Position numbers and translations under genes: made by a program
Shown: positions 1 to 11,559 of the stretch, piece by piece
Layout of the letters: every line of letters begins with the position of its first letter
Position numbering within the stretch: position 1 is the first letter of the stretch
Notes under the pieces: generated by a model
What the model was told of the DNA's origin: nothing
Databases searched by the model: none
Seen by the model: only the letters and a program-made list of their open reading frames with translations
NCBI GenBank assembly: GCA_964200185.2
Contig: CAXNAD020000040.1
Location: 1 to 37,254, forward strand
DNA: 37,254 nt
Reading direction: 5' to 3'
DNA from: Choristocarpus tenellus KU-1152
Taxonomy: Eukaryota; Protista; Phaeophyceae

Positions 1-956
1 ATGTGTAGTATCATTAGTGTATGCAGGAAGTACACAAAGATAAAAAAGTATATAAAACTGGTGGTTGAAACCCGGGGGGTGGGGGGTTGGGAGAGGGAGG
101 AAGTTTTCTGTTGTACATAATTACACATGGCTCTCATCAGAGTCTTGATGGGGGGCGTGTGTATAATCTCTTGCAGTGTCCAATGCCAGAAATGAGCACG
201 TTCTGTGAAAGGTTTTAATTTGTGTAGGATGGCAGTCACTGTCCATTTTTTTTTCTGAAACACAGGTAACTCGTATTGTAATTTGTTTGACTTATTATTA
301 TATCCATGTTTCCACATCCTCTTCGATTGTTTTGGGTTACCACAATAAATTTGTGAGTCATGGTGACATGCCGTGTGCATTGACAACATAGTTGTGACAT
401 GGTGACTGAATTGTGGGATGTTTGCAGCTATTGGATAACCTGGGTTTGATGTATGGGAATTTTAGTTTGTGATGTAGTTGTGCCTTGTGTTCATGTTTAT
501 CACAAATTACGGTGGATGTTTTGCCAGGATTTGGTCATCTAATCTTCATACGTAAAAAATGGGCTTCAGCACCATGTTGATCATTGTTAATCTTTATGGT
601 AGTTGGGAGCTGACTTCCGTCTTCTCATGTAATTTTGTCTGGATATATTCCACCATAGCGATCTGGTTCATTCTAAATGATCCCTGATCAAACTAGCAAG
701 GTCCTTAGGTTTGGGCGGATCTGATACACTAGCATATATCAATAAATCGTTCTGTACATTTTTGGGTATGGTATATTGGTAGTAAGAGGGACAAGTGGTG
801 CCAGATTAATTGGGCCTAAATTTGTTGGAACGTCCAATTTGTGGGTTGTTTCGAGCTTGTTTTTTCTTAATCGATTCTTGTATTCTGTTTGATTTTCATC
901 CACCATCTCTGATGTTGTCCATTTCATGTTTTTAACGAAGGGTTTTCAGTCATCCT

Positions 957-988
957 ATTATTATTGTTATTATTATTATTATTATTAT
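957..988. repeat. (TTA)n microsatellite inside the PLE
   Basis: tattattattgttattattattattattatta. Confidence 0.9.
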
Positions 989-3271
989 TTCATCAGTGAA
1001 GTTAACTAGAAGTTAAATATTATTGTGTGTGTGTTGCACTGGTATTCAAAGACCATGTCTAAAACCTTCCCCATTTTAGCGATCAGGTGTGATGTAAAGT
1101 ATTTGAATGCACTGTTACAAAATCATATGTTTCAAGCATGTGGGGGGCAACATACCTAAATTCTGTATCGAAGGGGATTTAAGTACTGGCATGAAATCAT
1201 CAGAGTGAAAGTATCTTAGGGTTAGGGTACGAGTTTTGCCCTGCTTGTTCGTTTAGAATTTGACTTTCCATGGGTTATTTTATAACATTTTCCTACTCCA
1301 AAAATTTTGGAGTAGGTAAAATGTTTACGTTATGAAAAGGTGTCCAGAACAAGGATGTTGACACTTCCCAACAAACACAATAACCAAAATTAGATCAAAA
1401 TCGCAACATTGGATTGTGGCCCCCAAATGGATGCAGCTTTACCCTCTAAGATACTTTGGCTCATCAGTACTTCTGATAATCATGTAATGGGGACATTTAT
1501 GTCTAAGTATTCGGTCTTCCATCAGGCATTGAATACCTCGGTAGAACTATCAAGGCAGACATCAATTGTGACCCCTAGTCCTGAAGTTGTACTTAAAAGC
1601 ATTTGATGATGCTACGAAATGAAGTGGGAATTTAGTAATTTATTACTGTTGAACATATTATCATAATTCTTTTGATATACCTTGTAGTCCAATTTATTGG
1701 ATTTTCTAGGTCTCTCGTAAGGATGCGGCATTGGGATGCACTATTGCTTGATAATTGGATCTGGTCATTTTGTAATTTGTTCTATATTTTGGTATTCATT
1801 TCCTGCCCTCTTGTGTGAGATTAAACCTTTGTTGAACTCAGTGTTTGTTGAATTTTCTATGCTTGTATACAAATGAGACAAAGGTATTTAGCAGCTTTAT
1901 CTACAGTTATTAGTACAAAATGTTCATGTATTGTTTTGAAGGCTGCCTGTGCCTCCGTTATGGCTACATTTTCCTGAGAATGATTTCTCCATTGTTTGGG
2001 GAGGTGTAGCTTCAAACTGTTTACTGGTTTCTTCAATTATATAATACTCCGGAATAGTTACCATTGTTTTATCGTTTTGGTATGTATACCTGCTTAATTT
2101 CTGAGGGAGATTGTTTGTCATTTAACTAACTGCCTTGATGAGTGATTCTTGAATTGAAATATTTTCCCAATCATTATAAACACTTCATGGGGCGTATTTG
2201 AATCGAAATCCATCACCTGGTCTGAACTCTGCTTGTGTCAATATTTTATATGCATTTGATATCTGTGTGATAACATGGGACGTGCCATTTTTCATTTGGA
2301 CCATAGATCTTTCCAGTAGGGTGCGTTACATGTTCACTCTGGAGCCTGATGATTAGGGTCAATATCATGGTGATACTCCAGTGTTAGTTACCCATCGCAT
2401 GGTGGTTCCTTATTAATAATTCTGGCATAGTTATTCAATTGCTCTACAAAAATCCACAGGTGCTAGATGTAGGAAGTTCTGGGTATGATGTAACCAACAC
2501 AGATTGGGATTATGGAAGTTGATTATGGAAATTGATTATGGAAGTTGGCTGCTTCTTCGGTGCATCCAATCTTTTTCTTTTTTGTGTATTGGACACATTT
2601 TCACCGTGGATTGGACAGTTACATATCATCCTAGAAAAAGGCTCTGTAGTGCTCTGAATGAATCGATTCAATTCTCAACCAAAAGAACTGTTCTGGCGTC
2701 TTGAGGCATTTTGAGGACAATTTTGGTAGCTAGGGAGTCCAGGTAGGATTTAACTACTGCAGGTGGATTTTCCATGGTGAGTTTAAGAAAATGGTTCATT
2801 CTTCACTTTAATGCTCTATAACCAAAGAGGTGTGGTTGATGGATAGGTTTATTTTGTAATGGAAAGATTTGATTTCTAGATATTCAATAATCCGTGGGAG
2901 AGATACTATAGAGGAATTGGTTTAGTTGATCATCTTGTGTTGTTGTAACAATTTGGAAACATTTTGAGAGGATGACCAATTCCAGAATTGTTCCCTAACC
3001 TTGGCTCAGGGAAGAGAGCCATGAGCATTTGATACCTTGTGAAGGTTTTTCAATGGTAATATGATGAAGAATTACAAGGTCACTCGTCTGCACTGCCTTG
3101 TGTGAGTAAGCCACCTCTTGAACTTGTTCTCCAAATCAAATGTATATGCTGCGATACATTTTATCCCACATCAACTTTACCTCTAAAGAGGTTTATATCT
3201 GCATACACAGTAATGCAACCAGAGGGACGGGGTATATGGATGTTTAAGTATGCAGTGCAGAGAGCAACCGT

Positions 3272-3551
3272 GATCTTCTAGGAACCAACAAGATAAGTGC
3301 TCACAGGGTATTCTCTGCTTGCTATCCATTTCTGATGGATTTCGAGGACTGAACAAAAAATTGGTTGTCATATTTTGGGTTTGAGTCCCATGAAGAGTAT
3401 GCAGTCCAGGGAGCAAATTGTGATCTCCTAGGAAACACCATAATAAGAGACAGGTATTGTTTGCTTGGTATCCACTTCTGGTGGACTTCGAAGACTTGAC
3501 ATGAAATTGGTTTGACATGAAATTGGTTGTTGTACTCGGGGTTTGAGTCCG
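3272..3551. repeat. Two diverged ~150-bp tandem units in the PLE 5' coding region
   Basis: gatcttctaggaa...tatccatttctgatggatttcga...aaattggttgt...gggtttgagtcc (3272-3390) is repeated as gatctccctaggaa...tatccacttctggtggacttcga...aaattggttgt...gggtttgagtcc (3422-3551). Confidence 0.75.
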
Positions 3552-4239
3552 ATTCTGTTTTTTATTGAAAAAACATTTTGTTGGGGATTGATGCTATTCC
3601 TTCCTGGAATATATTATATGGTGAGACCATCCGGGTTGTCGGGGTTGAGGTGCCATAATACTAGGGATAGAGGCCAGAGGATGATTGTGTCACAGGTTGG
3701 AAGTGGGTATCCGGTGGAGTACCAAGCCATAGATCCAAGTGTCTCCTCTGTCAGCATAAATATATGTCTGGTTGAAGAATTTGGAATAAGGGATAAGACT
3801 TGGGGGGAAAGAGAGAAAAATGGAGGGGGGAGGGGGTGTTCTAGATAAACTGCTAGGCCTAAGGGTTTAAATCCTTCTTCTGGTAATTGGATTGACTTGG
3901 GGACAATTTTGATCGATTTTTCAAACAAAGTGTTGGTGACTAGTGTCATTTAGCAATGATGAATAGAACTCAATTAATATTTATACTACTACAGTATAAT
4001 TTAACCTGCTGAAATGTTGCAGAGAAAATCATGTAGAAAAGACAACAAACATGACATTTTAGAAAGAAGCCAATAGAGCCCTATCATAGCTTAATTTATT
4101 TTTCGTAAGAACGAGTTTTGTGAGTAGGTGTAACAATCTGTCTCAGTCGCCAATTTGAGTGTGACAGATTGTCACGTTTGCTAGAAAATCCTCAAATAAC
4201 ATGCTTTTATGATGAATGTGACGATGTGTATACTCTCTT

Positions 4240-4750
4240 TAGAAACATGACCCAAGTAATGGGGGAATGGAGTTGTATGCAGACATTGGTGCCATTATGT
4301 CATAGGAAGTCCTGTTTGCTACCATTACGTTTGAATCAGGTGGTCATCTGCCCACATTTTATTAAGGGAATGCCCATGCTCAAGCCCCGGCAAGAGAGGC
4401 AAAATACTCTTCACAGGAAATTTGACTTAAATGTGCTAAGTGCACTGGGAAGGTACACCAACACCTTACTAATCTTGTGCTATATCACAAAAAGGAATGC
4501 GAGAATATCTGGATCGTGGTGGAGAAGATCAATGCCAACAGAGGGAGAATACAGCAGACTCAACGGTGGAGGCCGAGTGATAAGTGGTGGGACACAGAAC
4601 CCAAAGGTATGCATAGGATAGAGAACAGCAATGATGGAAACGACCTAACAGCAAGAGAGACTGTGCTCGCATTCCTGAAGGAAGACACAGCAACCTCCAA
4701 ATACGACACTCACAGAACTCTGAGGAGGAAGCCATCCGGTTCTCTGTAAA
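4240..4750 (+). pseudogene. Decayed ORF fragment, possibly a BED zinc-finger (hAT transposase N-terminus)
   Basis: The frame of ORF 4477..4749 extended upstream reads LKCAKCTGKVHQHLTNLVLYHKKEC, resembling CxxC...TNL..H....C/H; in-frame stops upstream. Confidence 0.3.
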
Positions 4751-5294
4751 GGAAAGGGGTTGCAGCCAGCAAGTCTAATATGGCCAACAGTTGTGATGTC
4801 TTTGGACATAGGTGAATTGGATAAAAAAAAGGAAGCTAAAAAAAAAGGTTGGACTCATACCATTTTTGCAGAGTAGGTGCTTTTTTTGCCCAGTATGTCA
4901 ATTCAGGACTTGAAATAGTGTGTACCAAAACACCACTTTTCCAAGCCCTTTTGTAAGCAACTCTGTTCTGGATTTAGATAAATGGTTTAGTTAAATTTAC
5001 AAGAATAGCCCTCAAAAATGTATGGAGGGTCTGTCTGTAAAGATCCAAGATATGAAATCTACGCCTGGTGTTTTCAAGCGTGTTGTCATGTACACACACT
5101 GATGATCATGAATCACACATGTTAAAATAAGTTCTTAACCAGAATATCTTATAGGGATGTGAATCCACACCGCAAGAGTTTAGTGCACCAAAGGAAATCA
5201 CAAAAGGAAATTGGTGTGTATGAAAGTCTAAGACACACAAAAATACAAGACACGTATCTAATCACACTGATCGCACTGTCTATATATCCTTCAT

Positions 5295-5504
5295 GGCTCA
5301 AAGTATTTGGGAAGGGGTGGCGGCTATCCATTTGGGGCCCATTTTTCCATGTCGCGATTTTTTGGGTGACGTGGTTACGTGTGTTGGATGGATTATGTAA
5401 GTGTTATGTAAGTGTTATGTAAGTGTAATGTAAGTGACTTCTGCTGGTCAGTTTCCAAATGGAGACCCTGGTGGAGACCCTCCCCCCCCCAGACACTTTG
5501 AGCC
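5295..5504. mobile_element. Non-autonomous TIR element (PIF/Harbinger-like MITE), copy 1
   Basis: Ends ggctcaaagtatttggg / cccagacactttgagcc are inverted repeats; the interior is the reverse complement of copy 2 at 8693-9002; internal (ttatgtaagtg)x~4. Confidence 0.7.
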
Positions 5505-5690
5505 TGATGTAAAAACGAAACTCCCTATACTCACACAACAAAAAAGCATCAGGAGAAATCATCCATGTACGAACAAATGTTGCATTAACCCAAAGAAAAT
5601 ATGGTTGTAGAGGCATAATTAAAGAAAATCAAAGGGCACTAAAAAATTCAGAGCTAACAATGGAGCAATTTTGGGACACAAAATAAAATA

Positions 5691-7498
5691 CTCCCTCTGT
5701 CCAATAAGTCTGTTCCTTTATGCATTTACTTCTTCGGAATGACCTCCGATTTCAAAACAGATTTTGCGTTGGATTCCTCAGAATATTTCACTTGAGTTAT
5801 TTTTGAAAAAATCTGTCCCTAAATTGTTCTGAAAATACAGAACAGAAAAGACGGGCGTGTTTGGGTCATTTTGAGTGGAGGCCTGTGCCACGTCCAGCCG
5901 CACATCTCTCCCACAACATCAACAGCATGTGCAGAGGTCAAATCTACTCCTGTACATGCAAAGAACCTACCTGTCCTACAATGGTAACACCGCAGAGCCC
6001 GTCGACTCGCGGAAAGCACTCTGAGCTGTCCGAGGAGGGTGACACATCACTTGCTCTGTGGTACACATTTGCTTTTTCCCTGGGGAACAAGAGGCTCCCA
6101 AAGGGTGTTTTGCCTAAATTGACAGAAGAGTTCTGATTGAATAAGAGGTATGAGTAAGAGGTATCCTCGACTTCTGTGGGTACGTGTGCAGGAACAGCTT
6201 GACAGTATGCATACGGTTTCTTTGAAATCGCAAGCAAGATCAGGCAGACCGTTGGAGTTGACGCCGGCAAAGCAGTCAAGAATCCGGGAAATTAATGTGA
6301 AATATTGCATGTTGACCTCGATCGACTTTCGCCCAAGCTAGCAGAAGTGGGCCTCACTGTTGGCAGCTCGAAGCTTCAGCGATGGCTCAATGCCATAGGG
6401 GCAACGAGGGCTTGGCGGTGTGTCACCTCTATAGCCTTTCTCCTGACCGCAAGAAGAACCAGGTCGACTTCATCCTCAACCAGATCATCCTCAACCAGAT
6501 CACTTGCGATCAAAGAACGTTCAAGACTTTCCTCGACACCATCCACGTTGACAAAGTGACTTTGGTTGTACTTGATCCGCTAGCGAAAGAAGATTCGCAT
6601 GTTCCCAGGAGAGGAGAAGGTGGGCTCCATCAAGGTGCAGGACAAAGGTCACATCCCCAAGGTGATGTTCATCCCTTCCATCTTGCATCCGGACCCCTCG
6701 TGTGGGTTTGACGGAAAAATCAGGATATGGTGAGTTTATGTTACTGAGTAGGTGCAAAGGATTTTGCAGTGCAACAGAGAAGGCAACGGGTACAAGGTCG
6801 ACGTCACCATCGATGCCAAGTACCACCAGGAGAGGTATGAGCACAAGCTTCTTCCAACAATCAAGGAGAAGATGCCCTGGCTGCTGGAGTCGGGGTGTGT
6901 GTGTGTCCAGCAGGATGGTGCGACCCCTCATACGGGCAAAGGCATTGAGCAGAAGCTTAACAGGGCAGGGAACGAAGGGGGGTGGAAAATTAATCTCGTT
7001 ACCAGCCTGTGCAGTCGCCGGATCTAAACATCAACGATGTGGGGTTGTTCACATCCCTGAAGAACAAGAGAGAGCAAAGTTTGGGGGGAGCGTTTCGGCA
7101 CTGTTGATGACCTTGTTGAGGGGGTTAAGGGGGTTAAGTGGATGTTCAACGAGTACGACCCAGAAACCCTCAAAAAGGGTATGGCAGAGTCTCTTCAAGA
7201 GGTGTAACCAGGTGCTCAAGGGGCTGGGGGGGAACGACTTCGAGGTAGAGCACACAGGGACCAGAAAGAGGCAACGAGAGGGTACGTTGCCCATGTCAGG
7301 TAGATTATCCGGCAGATCAAGAGACCCACAAGAAGGCGTTCACTGAATTGGTGTGTATTGACGGCATTGAGTGAAAGTGAGGAAAGGTTTTCTAATGCAA
7401 AAAGCGTCAAGGAATCGAATGGAAAAATCCATTTTGAAATCAGAAGTCATCCCGAAGAGTTACATGCATAACGGGACAGACTTATGGGACATAGAGAG
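5691..7498 (+). mobile_element. Tc1/mariner DNA transposon, plant-mariner (DD39D-like) group, full length with TIRs
   Basis: TA|ctccctctgtcc...ggacatagagag|TA, with ~90-bp imperfect TIRs (5691-~5780 vs ~7410-7498) and TA TSD. Confidence 0.92.
5980..7346 (+). pseudogene. Frameshifted mariner transposase
   Basis: Motifs IHVD (6541), KGHIPKVMF (~6645), FDGKI (~6707), VQQDGATPH (~6904), QPVQSPDLNINDVGLF (~7003) and GGNDF are spread over several frames; about 39-40 residues between the 2nd and 3rd Asp. Confidence 0.9.
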
Positions 7499-8692
7499 TA
7501 TGTCAGCATCCTCTCAGAATAAAGTACAATATCTGTAAGTCTATTAAAAGAAGGACGCCCCCACACCATCATATCTAACTCAGTTCAACACAAAAAAGGA
7601 AATTTCTACGTAGAAAAGAACGGAAACGCTGCATACACAAGAAGATAGAGTAGGAGACAATATTCTCCCGCCTCGGCAAATCAGGTTGTGTTGTTTGTCT
7701 TGTCCAGAATCGACTGCCCTTAGTTGCTCCCTGGTGCATGCCGTACCTTTATGAAAAAAGCTCAATCTTCCTTACCTAGCCGTCATCCCATCTAACCTCG
7801 TAATGGTAGTTGACTTGCCCTTTCCTTGATCAACCATGTGTCCGAGTTGGTATCTTGACACAGTGCCTCTCATCCACTGTTGTTGAAACCAGAAGTACAA
7901 TCATCACCTTCCCTAAACACCGGAATGAAGGGTAGTCTTCTCCAACAGGGGCACAATCTCCAATGTTGATTCTTGGAGGATGTACTTCCTCGTTATCCTT
8001 CCGTTCTCCTTCCACCTATGCTGACATTCCTTCCACTCCTTTCATTGAGCTGGAGTGCATTGCACCCCTTCTTCTCACCCCTTCTCTCGTAGCAGTTGGG
8101 CAACCTCCTCCTAACCTCAACCTCCTCTCTATCTAGCATGTGCAGCTCTGAGGGTCTGCCGGTTGGACTCTCTGGTAAACCTCTGGTACTGACCCAGAAA
8201 GATGGTGTAGATGTCGTTGAGGTCACTACAAGGAAGCTGGAAGAACTTAGGGATGAGAGTCATCTGGAGAGGGATGACACAGGAAAGGGATTGCATGTCC
8301 CTTAGCAGGGCACAACTTTGCGATTCGGAGGGGAAGTTGGATGAGGGTAAATATTGGCATGTACTTTGTAATTCAAGAATCATTTAGTGGATCCAAAACA
8401 TTTCGGATTGTTGCATTCTATGTTAATTTGTCAAAATTGAAGACCTCTATGAGTTGCAAAGTGGCATAACAAAATTCTTCAAGATTCAAGATTGCAGAAT
8501 AATTTCTCCAGAAGAGAGGTAAACGTATCTTACCTCAACTGCATGTGACAAGTGAAAAGTTTGCACTTCCTCTGCAGTACTACAACACATGTCCTTATGC
8601 AAACATCCCCTCCTACTGCACATGCATGTGTCATCACACTTGTAACACACATCCTTGGTTTACTCTAGCTTCACTTCAAATCCTCATGCTCA

Positions 8693-9002
8693 AGCTCGAA
8701 GATCTGTGGGGTGGGTGGGGTGGGTTTACACCAACCAGGGTGTTCATTCAGACCCTGACCAGGAGAAGTGCACTTACATTATCCATCCAATGCATGCAGC
8801 CAAATCACCCAAAAATCATGACATGGAAAAATGGGCTCCGAATGGACAGCCGTCACCCTCCCCCCCCCCCCCCCCACCCACACACCCCCCCCATCCCCAA
8901 ACAACAACACAAACCACAAAAAATTAATAACCCCCATCAAAAANNNNNNNNNNCTAATGGACAGCCGTCACCCTCCCCCCTCCCCCCCAGATACTTTGAG
9001 CC
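8693..9002. mobile_element. Harbinger-like MITE, copy 2 (inverted relative to copy 1; spans an assembly gap)
   Basis: tca|agctcgaagatctg ... cagatactttgagcc|tca gives a 3-bp TCA TSD; interior homologous to 5295-5504. Confidence 0.7.
8944..8953. other. Assembly gap (10 N)
   Basis: Run of n; aatggacagccgtcaccctcccccc is duplicated on both sides. Confidence 0.98.
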
Positions 9003-9059
9003 TCATCATCTTGAAATATCAAATCATCATAAATTCATTATAGTCCTCACATGATACAT

Positions 9060-11530
9060 AAATCTATCGCGATTGAGAAGCTCTGTGAGAAAATCCGCAT
9101 ATTGCTCCTCAGATCCCACAAGCACAACCGCTATATAATCTTGTCCCTAACCAAATATCTAAGGAAGCGGTGACATACATCTATATGGATTGGCTTTCCT
9201 AAACCAATTGATTGGGTTCCCCAACAGCTTCACTGCCCCCTCATTGTCCTCAAAAATCAAGGACCAACAAATGGTCCTCTCCAGCTTTACAAACTCCAAT
9301 ACCTGTCTCAAGAAGAGCACTTCCTTAACTGTGGCACTTAAAGCCACATATTCAGCTTCAGTCATAGACAGAACCACCACCGTCTGCATCCTTGAAAACA
9401 ACGATAATGCTACATACACCTCCAGGTAAGAACCCACCCCCATTCAGACCTCTGCTGGTCCAGATCAGATGCATAGTCTGTATCTGTAAACTCCTCCAAT
9501 CGTTTTTTTTTTTTTTTTATTGTGTGCGATGTCAGTACCCCTTGCATGACTAATATGCCCAAAACCCGTTTAATAGCTTCCCAGTGCCTCTGGTCCGAGT
9601 TACCGATAAATCTGGGAAATGTCATTACAGCTTTAGAAATAATAGGTCTGGTCATACATGGTCACTAACCAGATTAGTGGCCCCACTGCTTCCCTGTATG
9701 GAGTAGATGGGTTCAGGTTCAGCTCCACACACGAATCCTTCGCAGACAAAATTTCTGGTTTTACATCCAGGCGTATCATATTCTTCTCAAATAGATTTGA
9801 TGATATCAAATTGCTCCACCAGCCCTTCCATGTAAACTTGCTGATCAATCCTCAGCATTCTCATCTTTCAATCCTGTGTAATACAACATCCCATATTACA
9901 CAGCTTTACATAATTGCCCAAATCCTTCACAGGGATTCCTTTTTCAGAGCTTCCAATACTGTCATGGCCTTCTTTACCGAAGGACTAACTATCAACAATC
10001 ATCAACATCAGTGGGTAAGAAGACTTCCATCACCCCGTCCTTACAAGATGGAGCAAACATGGGCCAGCCTCACATTGCTCAAAACCTAGCCCCTTGAGAG
10101 TCCCAACTAATTTCAGATGCCAGTTACGTGATGCTTGTACCAAACCATACAAAGACCTCGTGACCTCTCCAGCCAGTCCTGGGCCTCCTCCCACATCCTC
10201 TGGCAATTCAATGCAAATGTCCTCCTTGACATCAGTCTCCTCAAAAGCCTGTCCCACATCAGTATATCGTAGCTCAACTGCAAGGTGCTGGTTGTGGGGG
10301 TAGGTGCAAATCTCTCAGTGTAGTCCAGTACAGGGATCTGCCTACTCCCCATGACTAGCAGGCGGGTTTTGTACCCTAGCCACTTCTCCCTTTCCAAATT
10401 TACCTTTCTCTTGTACACTCACTCATTTGATTTGCACGACAATCCAATTACCTTTTCACCTTATTGCTCCAAATACTCTCAATTTGCAGGTCTCTCAGTG
10501 TGGCCACGACTGAGATGAAATTTGTTAGTGCATCTGATGCACCATCCTTTTTGGACAGGAACCGCATCCATTTCATCTTGGTGCAGTCGTTGACAAAGAT
10601 TATAGAATAATAGCAGCCCCCAAGGCTATGTACCAGTTTAGGTCCGCTCAAATCAACGAGAACCCTCTCAAGTTTCCTGGTTGCTCAAGATTCCATACTT
10701 CATGGCACTAGAGCATGGTGAGCTTTGGGCCTGTGAACATCCAACACATGGTACCCAAGTTCCTATGAAGACAATTCCATTGACTGTTCATGAGGGTGTT
10801 CAATCCGTTGATGAAACTCGTTGATAACAACCCCGATCATCGATGTGACCACTATTCCAGTTGAGGTATCTCGAGGTAAAACCTAGTCATGTAGCCCGTG
10901 TGGAAGCCATTCACCACTGGTATCCCAAGATCATCCAGGCCAGGGTTTCCCTCAATTGTCAACACATCAGTCTCAACAATGCTGCATTGCCCTGACGTCT
11001 TGCAGATGCTTCGAAGTGAGCACAGGTTATACTCTAGTGAAGCACCACAACAACCTTCATGATCACACTGTACCCTGCTTCCTCTGTTTCTGATGTCAGA
11101 ACCATCCAGCAACGTGGTGTTCCTTTTCATCTCTGACAACAACCTTGTCTCCATTTATATTCTTCTTCCAACCTCGCACGCCAGCAAAAGAATTGGTCAT
11201 GTGACCACTTGCTCCAGTGTCGAAAATACATTCTTCAGTATCTGTTGGTCTCCCTGTGTTGCAGGATGTCGCATTGGTCACTGCAAACGCTCTTCCCCTA
11301 TGTCAATGTCTCCTGCCAACATTTGTACCACACGAACCACGATCTTGAGTGCTCTCACTTCCACCAGTACCATCATTGTCCTCACCATTTCTAGTGCCTC
11401 CACCAGCTGCATGGCCACAATCTCCTGGACCCCTTTGTCTCCTACCATTGCCATGTCCGTAACCTCTTTGTCATTCACGGCAGGTCACTGCCAAATGTCT
11501 CGTCTCCCCCCCTCCTCGCATGCTCCACCA
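9060..11530 (-). mobile_element. Degenerate, internally deleted Ty1/copia retrotransposon (gag knuckle-PR-IN-RT-RNase H)
   Basis: Minus strand: IFDTGASGHMT (protease); GGCYYSIIFVNDCTKMKW..FL (integrase); YKTRLLVMGSRQIP..DY, RSLYGLVQASRNW and PYREAVG (RT); TEAEYVAL, EDNEGAV, HIDV and ADFLT (RNase H). The PR-IN-RT-RH order is diagnostic of copia. No LTRs found. Confidence 0.93.
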
Positions 11531-11559
11531 TGGAATAAGCTGACAACACATCATTATGG

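Larger units (their letters stand above)
130..3950 (-). mobile_element. Decayed Penelope-like retroelement (PLE) with N-terminal GIY-YIG endonuclease followed by RT (Naiad/Chlamys-type layout)
   Basis: Manual minus-strand translation across stops and frameshifts, in order: VYADINLFRGKVDVG* (3208-3161, GIY-YIG-like); AKVREQFW (~3005-2982); GTSHVIT (~2285-2265); FVLITVDKAA (~1920-1891); ETYDFVTVHSN (1133-1101, RT motif A); CTERFID (758-738, PLE RF/YIDD); then GGIYP..AHFL..DK..KFP typical of the PLE RT thumb. Boundaries approximate. Confidence 0.8.

Noticed and set aside
1216-1227. TTAGGGTTAGGG telomere-like dimer in the PLE
   Set aside because: Only two units, internal to RT coding sequence; chance is likely
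130-3950. In-frame TGA codons as selenocysteine (described for some Naiad PLEs)
   Set aside because: The copy is full of other stops and frameshifts, and TGAs fit CGA-to-TGA decay; no SECIS identified
8841-8980. Direct repeat and poly-Pro ORFs around the N gap
   Set aside because: Low-quality sequence after poly-C and overlapping contig ends; assembly artefact
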